64,000 nt of DNA from Mantamonas sphyraenae STR306 (taxonomy: Eukaryota; Protista; CRuMs), in the NCBI GenBank assembly GCA_026936335.1, contig JAPMXV010000043.1, forward strand, positions 496,001 to 560,000, written 5' to 3'. Shown here in pieces: positions 46,911-56,277 of this stretch. Positions within the stretch are counted from its first letter, which is position 1. Every line of letters begins with the position of its first letter. Both the position numbers and the translations under genes were made by a program. The notes under the pieces were generated by a model. The model did not search any database. It was not told the DNA's origin and saw nothing but the letters and a program-made list of their open reading frames with translations.

Positions 46911-49900
46911 ATGTTTTCGGCACGCCAAGCCATCTTTTTTGTATTGTTGCTCGTCGGCACAGCCGCTTGCGAAGCTTTCATGTCATCTGGAATCATTGAC
47001 AACCAACTGCGTCACGAGTTCGGCTTCCAGCCGTTCACGCCGAAGCGGTTGCTGTTGGAAGAATCCGAGCCATTTTTTGGAGCCTTTGCCTCCAGCGCGG
47101 ACGGGAAGGCGGTGTTTGTCTCTCGTGTGGCTCGAGAGTCGGACAAGGACCCACAGGGGAACACCATGGCGGCTGTCACGAAAAGCGGATTCGAGGCACG
47201 CAGCATGGCCACTGGGGCCATGCTGTGGAACAGCACCGCAGACAACTTTGCAAGCGGGACGCGCGTGTGGCCGCCTGTGCCGCAGCCCGTGACCACGGAT
47301 GCGGCAGTCGTGGCGTTTGAGCAAAGGCCCAAAGGAGCCACAAGTGGCTTTTCAACCGTGTTTCTGCGTGCCAAGGACGGCAAACAGGTGGGTGCCGGGC
47401 GTGTCGGGGAAGTGAAGTCTGCATTCTGGATGTCGGCGACGACACTTCTGCTCGTGCGTGACACAGGGCTGGGGAATGAGCCGGTGTTCATGGAGCAAAT
47501 TGTGTTTGCGGCAGATGGCATGTCGTACACCAATGTGACAACCGCTCAATCGGAGGTGTCTGGCCAGAACACGACACGGTTCCAACCGACCGCGGCGACG
47601 GTAGTCAACGGCACGCACTCGGTGTGTTTCGAACGCGTGGAAAAGCTGAGACCAAACACAGACATTGTCCGAAGCGTGGCGGTGTCGTTGATGCAGTGGG
47701 GTCAGGGAGGAGCCGTGCGAGTGTGGCAAACGGACGTTTCGGAGCAGGCACCGCCCGTGCAGAACGGACGTTCGGAACAGCAGCTGCTGGTCTCCACACG
47801 GCTGGGACTGGTCATCCTGCTGCGCACATGGAGCAACAGCGAGTGGCGGCTGGAGGCCTTCTCGTTGCAGAGCGGCATGCTGCAATGGCGGCTGCAAAAA
47901 GCGATGAAGGGATCGAGTGGCAGCCGCATGTGGGCGCTGGCTGACGATCTGCCCACGCCTGTGCTGCTGTTGCGTGTGGTGAGCACGGAGGGTACGCCGA
48001 CGTCCGTGGTGGAGGCCATCCGCCTGAGTGATCGGCAGGTTGTGTCTTCGTACTCGTGGAGCGAGGCGACGGGCATGACCCAGGTAGCCGTATTTGTGTA
48101 CTCTGCCACGCTGCGCAAGGTGTTTACACAGGGTTCGCCGGGATTGCGTGTGCTGCGGGTGAGTGACGCGGGCCAGTTGAGCTTTGAAGGGGAGGCGCCG
48201 CTGAACGACGTGGGCGTGAACGACGACGTGGTGGCGTTCAACACAGTCGGCGACATGGTGCTCATGGGCCAGCGGGATCTGTCTGTGCAGGCCGACGGTG
48301 CACGACAGCGCCAAACGACACTCGCCTTCTTTTCCTGTGGCGAAGGCTTTGTGGAAGGCCAAGCCAACTGCACACAGTGTGTGTCGGGATGGTATCTTCT
48401 GGACGACGGTTGCGTGGAGTGTCCAGCGAACGCCACGCTGAACCTTGTGTTGGGTTTCGTGGTGGTGTTGGCTGCGGTGTGGGGCTCGATCAAAGCGTCG
48501 GGTCTACGCGACGAGTCAGAGGGTGGAGAAGACACAGACGAGGGAGATGAGGGCTCCAAGAAGGATGGCAAACCAGGCAACACGCAGCGCACGCGAAAGG
48601 TGAAGGATGGTCCGGAACAGGTGGGCAAGGAGAACGCAGAGGAGGCTGGGAAGGGCACCAAGGAGCAGCTGAGCGACAAACCGTCGACCGGACGTATTTC
48701 GGTGCGAGGGAGCAGCATGGTGACGCCTGTGGTGCAGCTGATGCACTTTGTGCAGGTTGCTGCCCTTATCCCTGCGGTGGTGCCTTCGTACCGGTGGCCC
48801 ACTCTTGTGAGTGGCATCTACGTGAACATTGCCCCTGTGAACCTGAACGTGGATGCAATTGGCCTGCAGTGCGAGGCTGGTGCGACATCCACGCTGTCGG
48901 GTCGTCACTGGCTGCTGTTTCTGGCGCCACTTGTGGTGTATTGCTTTCTTGGGGCTGTGTTGGCGTTGGCCAAGGGACTGCCGACAGCCACTCGTGCATT
49001 GGTCCTACGGGCGCTTGTGCAGACAGCACGCTTCCTGTTTCTCGGAATGACGGTGGCGGCGGTGCGTGTGTTTGACTGCAACACCGACGTGTTTGGCGTG
49101 TCTCGCATGGGACAGGACGCATCCATCGTTTGTTACTCGGCTGAGTGGTGGGAAGCGCTGGTGCCTGCGCTGGTGGGCCTGATCCTGAACACGGTGATTC
49201 CTGTGGTCGGGTACGTGTGGATCCTGGCCAAGTGGGACTCGGGCACCGGCGGCGACGTGTTCTACGAGGGCGTGGCGTTTCTGTTTGTGGAGCTGCGCGA
49301 GGGTGCGTCGATGTACGAGCTCACGGTGTTGTTGCGCAAGTTGCTGTTCACATGCATGGCCTTTTTCATGGATGCGCTGCCTAATCACGTGCTCTATGGC
49401 ATGACGAGCGTGTTCTGCATCAATGCGGTGTTTGTGGCTGTGATGCGCCCGTACCGTCGCCGCCGCCGATCCTTCCTCGAAGCGTTGCTGCTCCTGATGA
49501 GCGCCGCAATCTGTGTGGCCATGGGAGTGGCCGGCGACGATCTGGAGGCCAGAGATGGCGCAGGCGTAGTCGTGCTGCTCAGCCTCATTGTCAGCCTGGT
49601 GGCCTCGGTGGTGGTGATGGTGCTGGACCACCGTGAGAACCGGGCGCTGGAGGAGGGCAAGGCAAGCGAGAAGGAACTGGAGGAGACATCCAACCTTGCG
49701 GTGATGCCTGTGCTGGATGAGGGGCAGATGGAAAATGTGGCCAAAACGGTGCGCAAGGGGACTGTGGTGGCTGCCGTGGTGGCCGTGGTGGGTTTGATCA
49801 TTGCGTGGGTGGCGTTGGTCCTGCGGCTTCCGAGTGAGGTCGCTGCCTACCAAAGCGGCACTCTTGCCTTGCATTTTGGCAGCTATATTCTTTGGACGGC

Positions 49901-50297
49901 ACCCATCATTGCGGGCTGGCTGTGTTTCTGGCGCGAGCAGAAACTGGGAATCAAATTTGCGCCGCACACCTTGGCTTTGGCGGTCACATATGGCGTGTTT
50001 TTGTTCATCGATGGCGCCCGAACGATGTACTACCACATGTCGGTGAGTCTGCAGCCAAGCGGGCCTGCCACAATGATCACATTGATGGTGTTGTCCACGT
50101 TGTTGGTGCTTGCCCAAGCGATCATGTTTGGCAGGCGCCTCAAGGTACAGTCGTCGGGCGTGCCCAAACAGGCTGTGGCCATGGAAACAAGGGTGTCGGT
50201 GTCCGAAGTGGAGGGGAAAGAGAAAGAGGAGAAGGAGGAGGAGGAGGAGGAGAGTGAGGCGGACTTGTCGGATGTGGAGGGGGAGGTCGTCGTGTGA
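46911..50297 (+). CDS. Large receptor-like membrane protein (signal peptide, beta-rich ectodomain, Cys-rich module, ~11-12 TM)
   Basis: MFSARQAIFFVLLLV; CGEGF..CTQCVSGWY..CVECP; multi-TM region with FDC...SIVCYS.EW, LLRKL, RPYR motifs. Confidence 0.7.
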   Translation: MFSARQAIFFVLLLVGTAACEAFMSSGIIDNQLRHEFGFQPFTPKRLLLEESEPFFGAFASSADGKAVFVSRVARESDKDPQGNTMAAVTKSGFEARSMATGAMLWNSTADNFASGTRVWPPVPQPVTTDAAVVAFEQRPKGATSGFSTVFLRAKDGKQVGAGRVGEVKSAFWMSATTLLLVRDTGLGNEPVFMEQIVFAADGMSYTNVTTAQSEVSGQNTTRFQPTAATVVNGTHSVCFERVEKLRPNTDIVRSVAVSLMQWGQGGAVRVWQTDVSEQAPPVQNGRSEQQLLVSTRLGLVILLRTWSNSEWRLEAFSLQSGMLQWRLQKAMKGSSGSRMWALADDLPTPVLLLRVVSTEGTPTSVVEAIRLSDRQVVSSYSWSEATGMTQVAVFVYSATLRKVFTQGSPGLRVLRVSDAGQLSFEGEAPLNDVGVNDDVVAFNTVGDMVLMGQRDLSVQADGARQRQTTLAFFSCGEGFVEGQANCTQCVSGWYLLDDGCVECPANATLNLVLGFVVVLAAVWGSIKASGLRDESEGGEDTDEGDEGSKKDGKPGNTQRTRKVKDGPEQVGKENAEEAGKGTKEQLSDKPSTGRISVRGSSMVTPVVQLMHFVQVAALIPAVVPSYRWPTLVSGIYVNIAPVNLNVDAIGLQCEAGATSTLSGRHWLLFLAPLVVYCFLGAVLALAKGLPTATRALVLRALVQTARFLFLGMTVAAVRVFDCNTDVFGVSRMGQDASIVCYSAEWWEALVPALVGLILNTVIPVVGYVWILAKWDSGTGGDVFYEGVAFLFVELREGASMYELTVLLRKLLFTCMAFFMDALPNHVLYGMTSVFCINAVFVAVMRPYRRRRRSFLEALLLLMSAAICVAMGVAGDDLEARDGAGVVVLLSLIVSLVASVVVMVLDHRENRALEEGKASEKELEETSNLAVMPVLDEGQMENVAKTVRKGTVVAAVVAVVGLIIAWVALVLRLPSEVAAYQSGTLALHFGSYILWTAPIIAGWLCFWREQKLGIKFAPHTLALAVTYGVFLFIDGARTMYYHMSVSLQPSGPATMITLMVLSTLLVLAQAIMFGRRLKVQSSGVPKQAVAMETRVSVSEVEGKEKEEKEEEEEESEADLSDVEGEVVV

Positions 50298-50380
50298 CTG
50301 GGCGATTGGATGCAGGAGGACCCCTCTCGGAAGGCCTTCCTTGCCCACCGGCAAGTTGAAAAGGAGATGGGAGCAGTCCA

Positions 50381-50406
50381 TTGTTGTTTCCACTGTGCTG
50401 TGCACA
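50381..50406. repeat. Terminal inverted repeat at the 3' end of the Fanzor-like gene
   Basis: TTGTTGTTTCCACTGTGCTGTGCACA. Confidence 0.85.
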
Positions 50407-50561
50407 ACAGCGGAGCAACAACGAAATACGCAGCGTCGTGTAAACTTGGCCACTGATAAACTATCTGAGAGACTGCACGTGAAAGTGGTCCCAGCAGATC
50501 CTCGTTCATCATCGTTGTTGTTTGCCCTGATGCGACACAGCACGTGTGGAAGGTTTCACAC
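50381..50561 (-). ncRNA. Putative omegaRNA scaffold
   Basis: Lies between the nuclease stop codon and the element end, as in TnpB/Fanzor loci; terminal hairpin 50381-50421; 9-bp complementarity between 50416-50424 and 50512-50520. Confidence 0.5.
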
Positions 50562-53500
50562 TCACTCATCCCCACCTCCACCCTCTTCAACCACCATCAC
50601 ATGATCTTGTGGACCCTCGACCGCCTTCCTTCGTGACTTGAGTTTCTCCAGCACCAGCGCCTTTGCCGTTTCTTGCTTCTTCTTTTTGGGATTGCGGCTC
50701 GAGAACGACAGGGGCTCTTTGCCAAACAGCCACAGGTGCAGCTGCCTTACAAGGATCCCCTGTGCTCCTCTGACGTCCCTGTCGGAGAGGGGCGTGATTC
50801 CTCCGGCGTCGTGGGCCATGTGATACATCAGCGTGTGCTTGTTGTGGTGGTTCCGGCTCACAGCACAATGAGGGCAAGTCACAACTCTGTCCCATCTCGA
50901 GAGACTGAACCCATGCGGGTGTGCAATGCCACCTCCACAGATGCACGTTGAGGAAGTCATCCACTCTGCCACGTCCGCCCAGATCATGTGTCTTGCGAAA
51001 GCGTGATGGATGCGCGTGCTGAGGGACAAACCTCCGTAGAATTTCGACTGCGCAAGGTAGATCATGTTGTGCAGGCCAAATCCGTCCATCACGTTCCTCA
51101 CGGACCTTACCGTGCGCAGGACATGTCTCTCCAGCACGTCACGCCCGTACCGCCGCAACTGCCCGTGCTTTTTCGGCTCGTCCTCCTTCTCAACCTTGGC
51201 AAGTCGGTGCAGATGCATTTTTTCCCTGAGGTCCCGATGTGAGGGGAAGGGCAGTTTCCTTTGCCTCAATCTCCCCTTGTGCCAGAAGAAGACCACCAGC
51301 GTGTCATTCTTCCTACCGATGTCGTTGACCAAGAAGGCTGTTTTGGCGATCAACCTTGCAGCCTCATCGTGATTCCTCACTTTAAACTTCTTCTTGAAGC
51401 GCACGTCGATGCGCCCGTTGCGCTTCGGCTTCCCCAGGTGCCGGAACCCGAGCTGCTGGCCAAGTGCGTCTTCAACCTCCTTGCCCAGCCCACACACGTG
51501 TGCCACGGTACACACAGTAACGAGCTTTTTCACCAGCTGTCGCTGTCGATCCTTGCTCCACTGGGAGTGGCTTTTGCTGCCTGCGTGCTGTGTCGTGGCC
51601 CTGTCCTCTCGGTCGTCACTCTGTGGTTCCTTGGCCGCTTCCATCGGCTCGCTGCTCTCTCCCATGTCCACAATGTCACCCTCGCCTGATTCATCCAGCC
51701 TGGCTCTCTTGGTGTCCTGCAACGGCGCTTGTGTCGACTGGTTGTCCTCGCTCTCCTCCTCCGCGCGCCTCTTCTTCTTGCCATTCCTATCCTGTTCCTC
51801 TGCTTTCTTCTGTTCCTCTGCTTTCTTCATCTTGGCACGCTTCTCGTCAGCTGCCCCGGACACCTCATTCTCCGCCTCCACGATTGCCGCTTTCAATGAG
51901 CTCAGAGGCCGCAAAATCTCACGGAGATCTCCGCTCGACGTGACGTGGTCCAGTGTGGCCGGGCGGTAGACGACCAAACGAAGCGGCTGTCCGTGTTGGA
52001 CCGTAATACCGCCGGACCACTGCCTGATTGTGTTGGTTTGCATGGAGCTCACCAAATCTGGCCACAAGAGGAGCAGCGAAAGCAGAGAACGGGTCTCTAC
52101 CCCAATCAACTCGTCACGTTGCCTGCCCGTCAATGCAGGAAGGCGCCACAACCTCGACTCCTCAAACTTCATGACGGACATGAAGATGCTGTGGTGTGTG
52201 TTGATGTCGCTACACACGGCTTCCCATATTTTGGTTGCGGTTGCCTTCGTGCACACCCGGATCTCCTCGTTGTTGGACTCTGCCCAGCTGTCAAACAGCC
52301 GGAACAGCCCATACTGCCACAATGTTCCCGTGATGGTGAACGCCTTTGACGTGCTGGAAAATTGTCGGCCGGTTTGCACGTATGCCCGCAAATGCGCATC
52401 GCTCGCCTCCACGTTCATCACCTTCTTCTTGAGAAACTGGCGATCCGAGTATCGTTCGTCCAGACCCTGGAGGACACCCGCGTACTGGCTATACTCCGTC
52501 TGGAACAGATTCCTTACGTGCACGGACCACTCGTCCCACGAGCGGCGTTCCTCCCCGCGCCGCTCGAGTCGTCTCCATTCTCCAAGCTGGCACCCTGCAA
52601 ACGACACACCGGCCTTTTGCAATGCCCTCTTGGTCCCTTCCATTGTAAATGCCAAGTGGGCAGACACAACGGCGGTCGCCGCTTGCAGAAAAAACTCGCT
52701 TGCTTTCTCTTCGGTGGTTTGGCGCATGCACTCCAGCAGCACCTCACCAAAACGTACGGCGACGTGATGCTTCGTCATATCGGCCCGGAGCTCGCTCGTA
52801 CACCACTTGTGGACAGCAGGGAGCATGTTCCAAGTCAGGGCCCGCCGATCGCCGATGAGCCATGCTGGGCGCACTCTCTCTGCGGCACTGGCCACATCGG
52901 CCTCCGATGGCACGACGCTGGTGGTACCTTGTCTGATGGTATTGTTGATACCATCCACAACCACCTTCTTGACCTTGTCCAAGAAGGAGCACAGGTCGTC
53001 TGCGAATCGCGTGAGCAGAGCAGGCGCGCCCACAACGGGTTGTGAGGCCGTGTGACTGTTCGCTTGCGCCCGTTCGACTTCGTGTATCTCCTTGTGGCGC
53101 AGTAGCGTGGCCGGATCTTTGACGTGATGGTCGAGTTCCGTTTTGAGGTGGGCAACCCTGCGAAGGAGCTTACCAACAGTGTTGTGCACCTCCTCCTCGC
53201 CGGCACCATCCACGCTGTGGCTCACTTCCATCTGCTCACCATCATGTGCCAAGGGCACATCCTGCTCGTGCTCTCGCTTGTCCACCGAAACTGAAACCAC
53301 GTCCGCGCTCTCCTCTTTCGCCTGCTGCTGCGTGCTGTGAGCTTCCCTCATTGTGATAAACACGCTCTTGTTGTCTGGGCAGACAAAATCGTGTGGAGTG
53401 ATGTCGTGAGCCTTCACAGGCCGGGTGGTTCCGTCGTCTTGCACGATCAGGACATGTGCCAGATCCTTTGCCTTTGCCTGCTTGACTTGCTGCTCGTTTG

Positions 53501-55592
53501 GAACCTGCATGTAGGTCATCCACTCAGACAGTGGGGCTGCAAAGTTGTACAACACACCGCGCGCGTGGAATACCTCAGCATCGGCCAGGTGGTGCTTCAT
53601 CAACTTTGTGTCCAGTTCTCCGAGGACGCCCACGTACTGAGCGGGCGTCCATCCCTCATGTATCTCCGCCCCATACATGTCCTGCACCGTTTGCGCCTGC
53701 AGTAGTGTGAGGTTGTGGCCGAGCTGCTTCCGCTTGCGTGCCACGAGTGAAAGTGTCCGCAAGCGCTCGGGGTGGTCTCCCATCAGCGTAGACATGATTT
53801 CCTTCCTTTCCATCGGTGTCCACGTCGGGGCAGTCATACCTGCGTACATGCCAGTCACAACAGTGGCGTGGAAGACCCTCCTCGTGTCGTGCAGCTGCAT
53901 CGTCCGTACCCACCACTTGCCCGCCCCTCCACCTTCTTCCTCGTCCTCTCCCTCCACCAACACCATTCCGTCAGCCTCCACCGCGTCCATCTCGTTCTCG
54001 TTGCCCTCCATCATTTCTTCGGGCTCCACCGCCACCTCCTCCACCAACACCATTCCGTCAGCCTCCACCGCGTCCATCTCGTTCTCGTTGCCCTCCATCA
54101 TTTCTTCGGGCTCCACCGCCATCACCTCGCCTTTTTCACCATCTTCCTCTTCGTTTTTCTCCATCACCATCTCTTCATCCTCCTCGCCAACCGTTCCCGG
54201 TACGGCATCCCCGTCGGCCTCGCAAAGGCTCGGAAACACCCTTGGTTTCACCACGCTGACAACGAGCAGGTCTTGCTGCCACCCTTTGCTGTACATCATC
54301 GTCTCTGCTTTGGCGTTGGATGATATGACGGCCAGTGTGCCCGGCAAGCTCATCATTTGCGCCAAGCACGATTCTCGCTCATCCGCCACAGCCGTTCTCA
54401 GACGCGCCAGGCCCAATGCGGGCGCTGCTTCTCTCGCAGCAAGCACCTTCGCCTTCTTCCGGTGCTTGCTGTTCGGATCGGGAAGGGATGATGTTGTCAG
54501 GTACCCTGTGGCATCCCTTCTGAACTGCTTCTGCTCCCCAATGCTGCAGTTCCTTCCCTCAAAGCGCTCTTGTAGGGACGCCACCGTTCTCACAAAGCAG
54601 ACTGGCTGGTCCGATGCCTGCAGGATTTCTTGCAGCTGCTGTGTCAGCGCGACACCAGCGGCGTTGAGCTGCAGGGGTTTCTCTGCATCGCCACCCCTGT
54701 CGATGTGCTCGACACCAATCACGTTGCAGTCCACCACAATGCCGTCGCATTCACAGACCATGTCCTTGATGGTCTCGTTGTCATAGTCGACGTGGCTGGG
54801 AGCGTTGAACAATTCCTCCGTGCGCTGCACAGAACGGCGCTGACCCTGCTCCCCTTGTTGCTGCAACGCACGCGCCACATTGACAACTCCATCGTGCGTT
54901 GCGAGCTGCTCCTCCACCATTCTACCCAAGGTTTTAACGACCGCGTCCTTCTTCAGCCTGGACAGCGTCACCAAGGCGAAAAACGGGTGCAAATTCCGGC
55001 TGGGTCCGCCACTGCCGCTGCTGCTTGAGCTTGAGCTAGATGACGACTCTGTGTCAGACGATTCTTTCGGTTCTCCCCAGATTCTCTTGTATGCCAGGAT
55101 CACATCCTCCAGTGTCTCCTTTTTGAACCTCCCCAGAGCCTTGGAAAAGTTGTCTGCCTTTGGCACATTCGCCTGTTCACCGCCCTCTCCTCTGTCAGCC
55201 AGGGCTTTCTGGTCCTCGGTGACGAGGGAGTCCACTTTACACCGTTTCTCCTGCCATTCCTGCCATTTGAGGACGGACACCGACTCTGTCGCCTTGCGTA
55301 GTAAGGTGTCTTTGCCGCCATGCCGACTGGCGCCGACGTCCTTCAGGAGGGCCTTCAGGGCTTCGACTGTCAATCCCTTCACATCCTCCGTGCTGACATA
55401 GTGCACGCCATCGTCCTCATCGTCTTCACCGTCTTCAGGGATGCCATCCTCACAAACAAGGATATACTCAGACGTCTGTGGTTCCGGCACGTCCGCCGGC
55501 CTTGTGTACCTCAATTCAATGTGTCCGTCCACTTCTTGGGCACTTCGCAGCCGAGGTACCTGCTCGACGAGTTGCTGCAACTCGTCTTCCAT
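50562..55592 (-). CDS. Giant Fanzor (eukaryotic TnpB-family RNA-guided endonuclease) candidate, ~1,676 aa
   Basis: RuvC-I FLVNDIGRKN, RuvC-II DVAEWMTSSTC, Zn finger CIC...CPHC, RuvC-III DRDVRGAQGI; N-terminal SAP-like motif; ORF stays open upstream to 55793. Confidence 0.8.
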   Translation of the reverse strand: MEDELQQLVEQVPRLRSAQEVDGHIELRYTRPADVPEPQTSEYILVCEDGIPEDGEDDEDDGVHYVSTEDVKGLTVEALKALLKDVGASRHGGKDTLLRKATESVSVLKWQEWQEKRCKVDSLVTEDQKALADRGEGGEQANVPKADNFSKALGRFKKETLEDVILAYKRIWGEPKESSDTESSSSSSSSSSGSGGPSRNLHPFFALVTLSRLKKDAVVKTLGRMVEEQLATHDGVVNVARALQQQGEQGQRRSVQRTEELFNAPSHVDYDNETIKDMVCECDGIVVDCNVIGVEHIDRGGDAEKPLQLNAAGVALTQQLQEILQASDQPVCFVRTVASLQERFEGRNCSIGEQKQFRRDATGYLTTSSLPDPNSKHRKKAKVLAAREAAPALGLARLRTAVADERESCLAQMMSLPGTLAVISSNAKAETMMYSKGWQQDLLVVSVVKPRVFPSLCEADGDAVPGTVGEEDEEMVMEKNEEEDGEKGEVMAVEPEEMMEGNENEMDAVEADGMVLVEEVAVEPEEMMEGNENEMDAVEADGMVLVEGEDEEEGGGAGKWWVRTMQLHDTRRVFHATVVTGMYAGMTAPTWTPMERKEIMSTLMGDHPERLRTLSLVARKRKQLGHNLTLLQAQTVQDMYGAEIHEGWTPAQYVGVLGELDTKLMKHHLADAEVFHARGVLYNFAAPLSEWMTYMQVPNEQQVKQAKAKDLAHVLIVQDDGTTRPVKAHDITPHDFVCPDNKSVFITMREAHSTQQQAKEESADVVSVSVDKREHEQDVPLAHDGEQMEVSHSVDGAGEEEVHNTVGKLLRRVAHLKTELDHHVKDPATLLRHKEIHEVERAQANSHTASQPVVGAPALLTRFADDLCSFLDKVKKVVVDGINNTIRQGTTSVVPSEADVASAAERVRPAWLIGDRRALTWNMLPAVHKWCTSELRADMTKHHVAVRFGEVLLECMRQTTEEKASEFFLQAATAVVSAHLAFTMEGTKRALQKAGVSFAGCQLGEWRRLERRGEERRSWDEWSVHVRNLFQTEYSQYAGVLQGLDERYSDRQFLKKKVMNVEASDAHLRAYVQTGRQFSSTSKAFTITGTLWQYGLFRLFDSWAESNNEEIRVCTKATATKIWEAVCSDINTHHSIFMSVMKFEESRLWRLPALTGRQRDELIGVETRSLLSLLLLWPDLVSSMQTNTIRQWSGGITVQHGQPLRLVVYRPATLDHVTSSGDLREILRPLSSLKAAIVEAENEVSGAADEKRAKMKKAEEQKKAEEQDRNGKKKRRAEEESEDNQSTQAPLQDTKRARLDESGEGDIVDMGESSEPMEAAKEPQSDDREDRATTQHAGSKSHSQWSKDRQRQLVKKLVTVCTVAHVCGLGKEVEDALGQQLGFRHLGKPKRNGRIDVRFKKKFKVRNHDEAARLIAKTAFLVNDIGRKNDTLVVFFWHKGRLRQRKLPFPSHRDLREKMHLHRLAKVEKEDEPKKHGQLRRYGRDVLERHVLRTVRSVRNVMDGFGLHNMIYLAQSKFYGGLSLSTRIHHAFARHMIWADVAEWMTSSTCICGGGIAHPHGFSLSRWDRVVTCPHCAVSRNHHNKHTLMYHMAHDAGGITPLSDRDVRGAQGILVRQLHLWLFGKEPLSFSSRNPKKKKQETAKALVLEKLKSRRKAVEGPQDHVMVVEEGGGGDE
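53951..54121. repeat. 87-bp in-frame tandem duplication inside the Fanzor-like ORF
   Basis: AVEPEEMMEGNENEMDAVEADGMVLVE twice; 84 nt identical. Confidence 0.9.
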
Positions 55593-56199
55593 GTGCTTGT
55601 GTGTTTTGCTTGGATGAGGCAGAGGACGACAACACGGGGGCGCACACACACGTGGCTGACTACAAGAGGGCACGAGCAGTCTGTACACACTGAACATGGC
55701 CCATTTTGGTGTACGATCACCATTGCTGACCACCGCGTCCTGCACATACACTTTCGCCCACAGGCAATCCGAAGCATGGATTGCTATCGCCAAAACCCAT
55801 TGCTGCCCGCCCTATTCCTGCAGCAGCACTGGCATGTGTGTTTTAGCGTCCATCTTTATGGTTTCGGCCTCTTTGCGAAGCAGGTTGGACGGTGAGGCGG
55901 CATAATGAATTCAACCTCCCTCTTGACAACACTCAACCGCGACTTCCTTCGTCTGGCCACGGTCTCAGACGTCGCTTCCATAGCGTATTCACTTCGTGGC
56001 ACACCTGTGCACCATACCAACCAGCGTGGCTGATCAACCCACGTCTCTACCACCTCCTGGCAGCGTGTCGATCGTACGCGTGACGATATCACACGGAATA
56101 ACACAACGGTGCAAAGTGTCCATAGAAACACGGACATTGGCTGTTCCGTTAAATATACGACTATACCGTTGATTTTTGCATTGCGAGACGGGCCATGAG

Positions 56200-56225
56200 T
56201 GTGCACAGCACAGTGCAAACAACAA
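56200..56225. repeat. Terminal inverted repeat at the 5' end of the Fanzor-like gene
   Basis: TGTGCACAGCACAGTGCAAACAACAA. Confidence 0.85.
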
Positions 56226-56277
56226 CACCACGGCCACCAACTTTTCCAAAAACATAACCCGCAATGAGTCCGTTCAC

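Larger units (their letters stand above)
50381..56225 (-). mobile_element. TIR-bounded Fanzor/TnpB-encoding element (~5.85 kb)
   Basis: 26-bp inverted repeats with 25/26 identity (50381-50406 and 56200-56225) enclose one intronless RuvC ORF; possible 2-bp CA duplication outside the ends. Confidence 0.8.

Noticed and set aside
44327-47002. 891-aa ORF antisense to RRM1
   Set aside because: Shadow ORF produced by strong GC3 codon bias; no recognisable motifs
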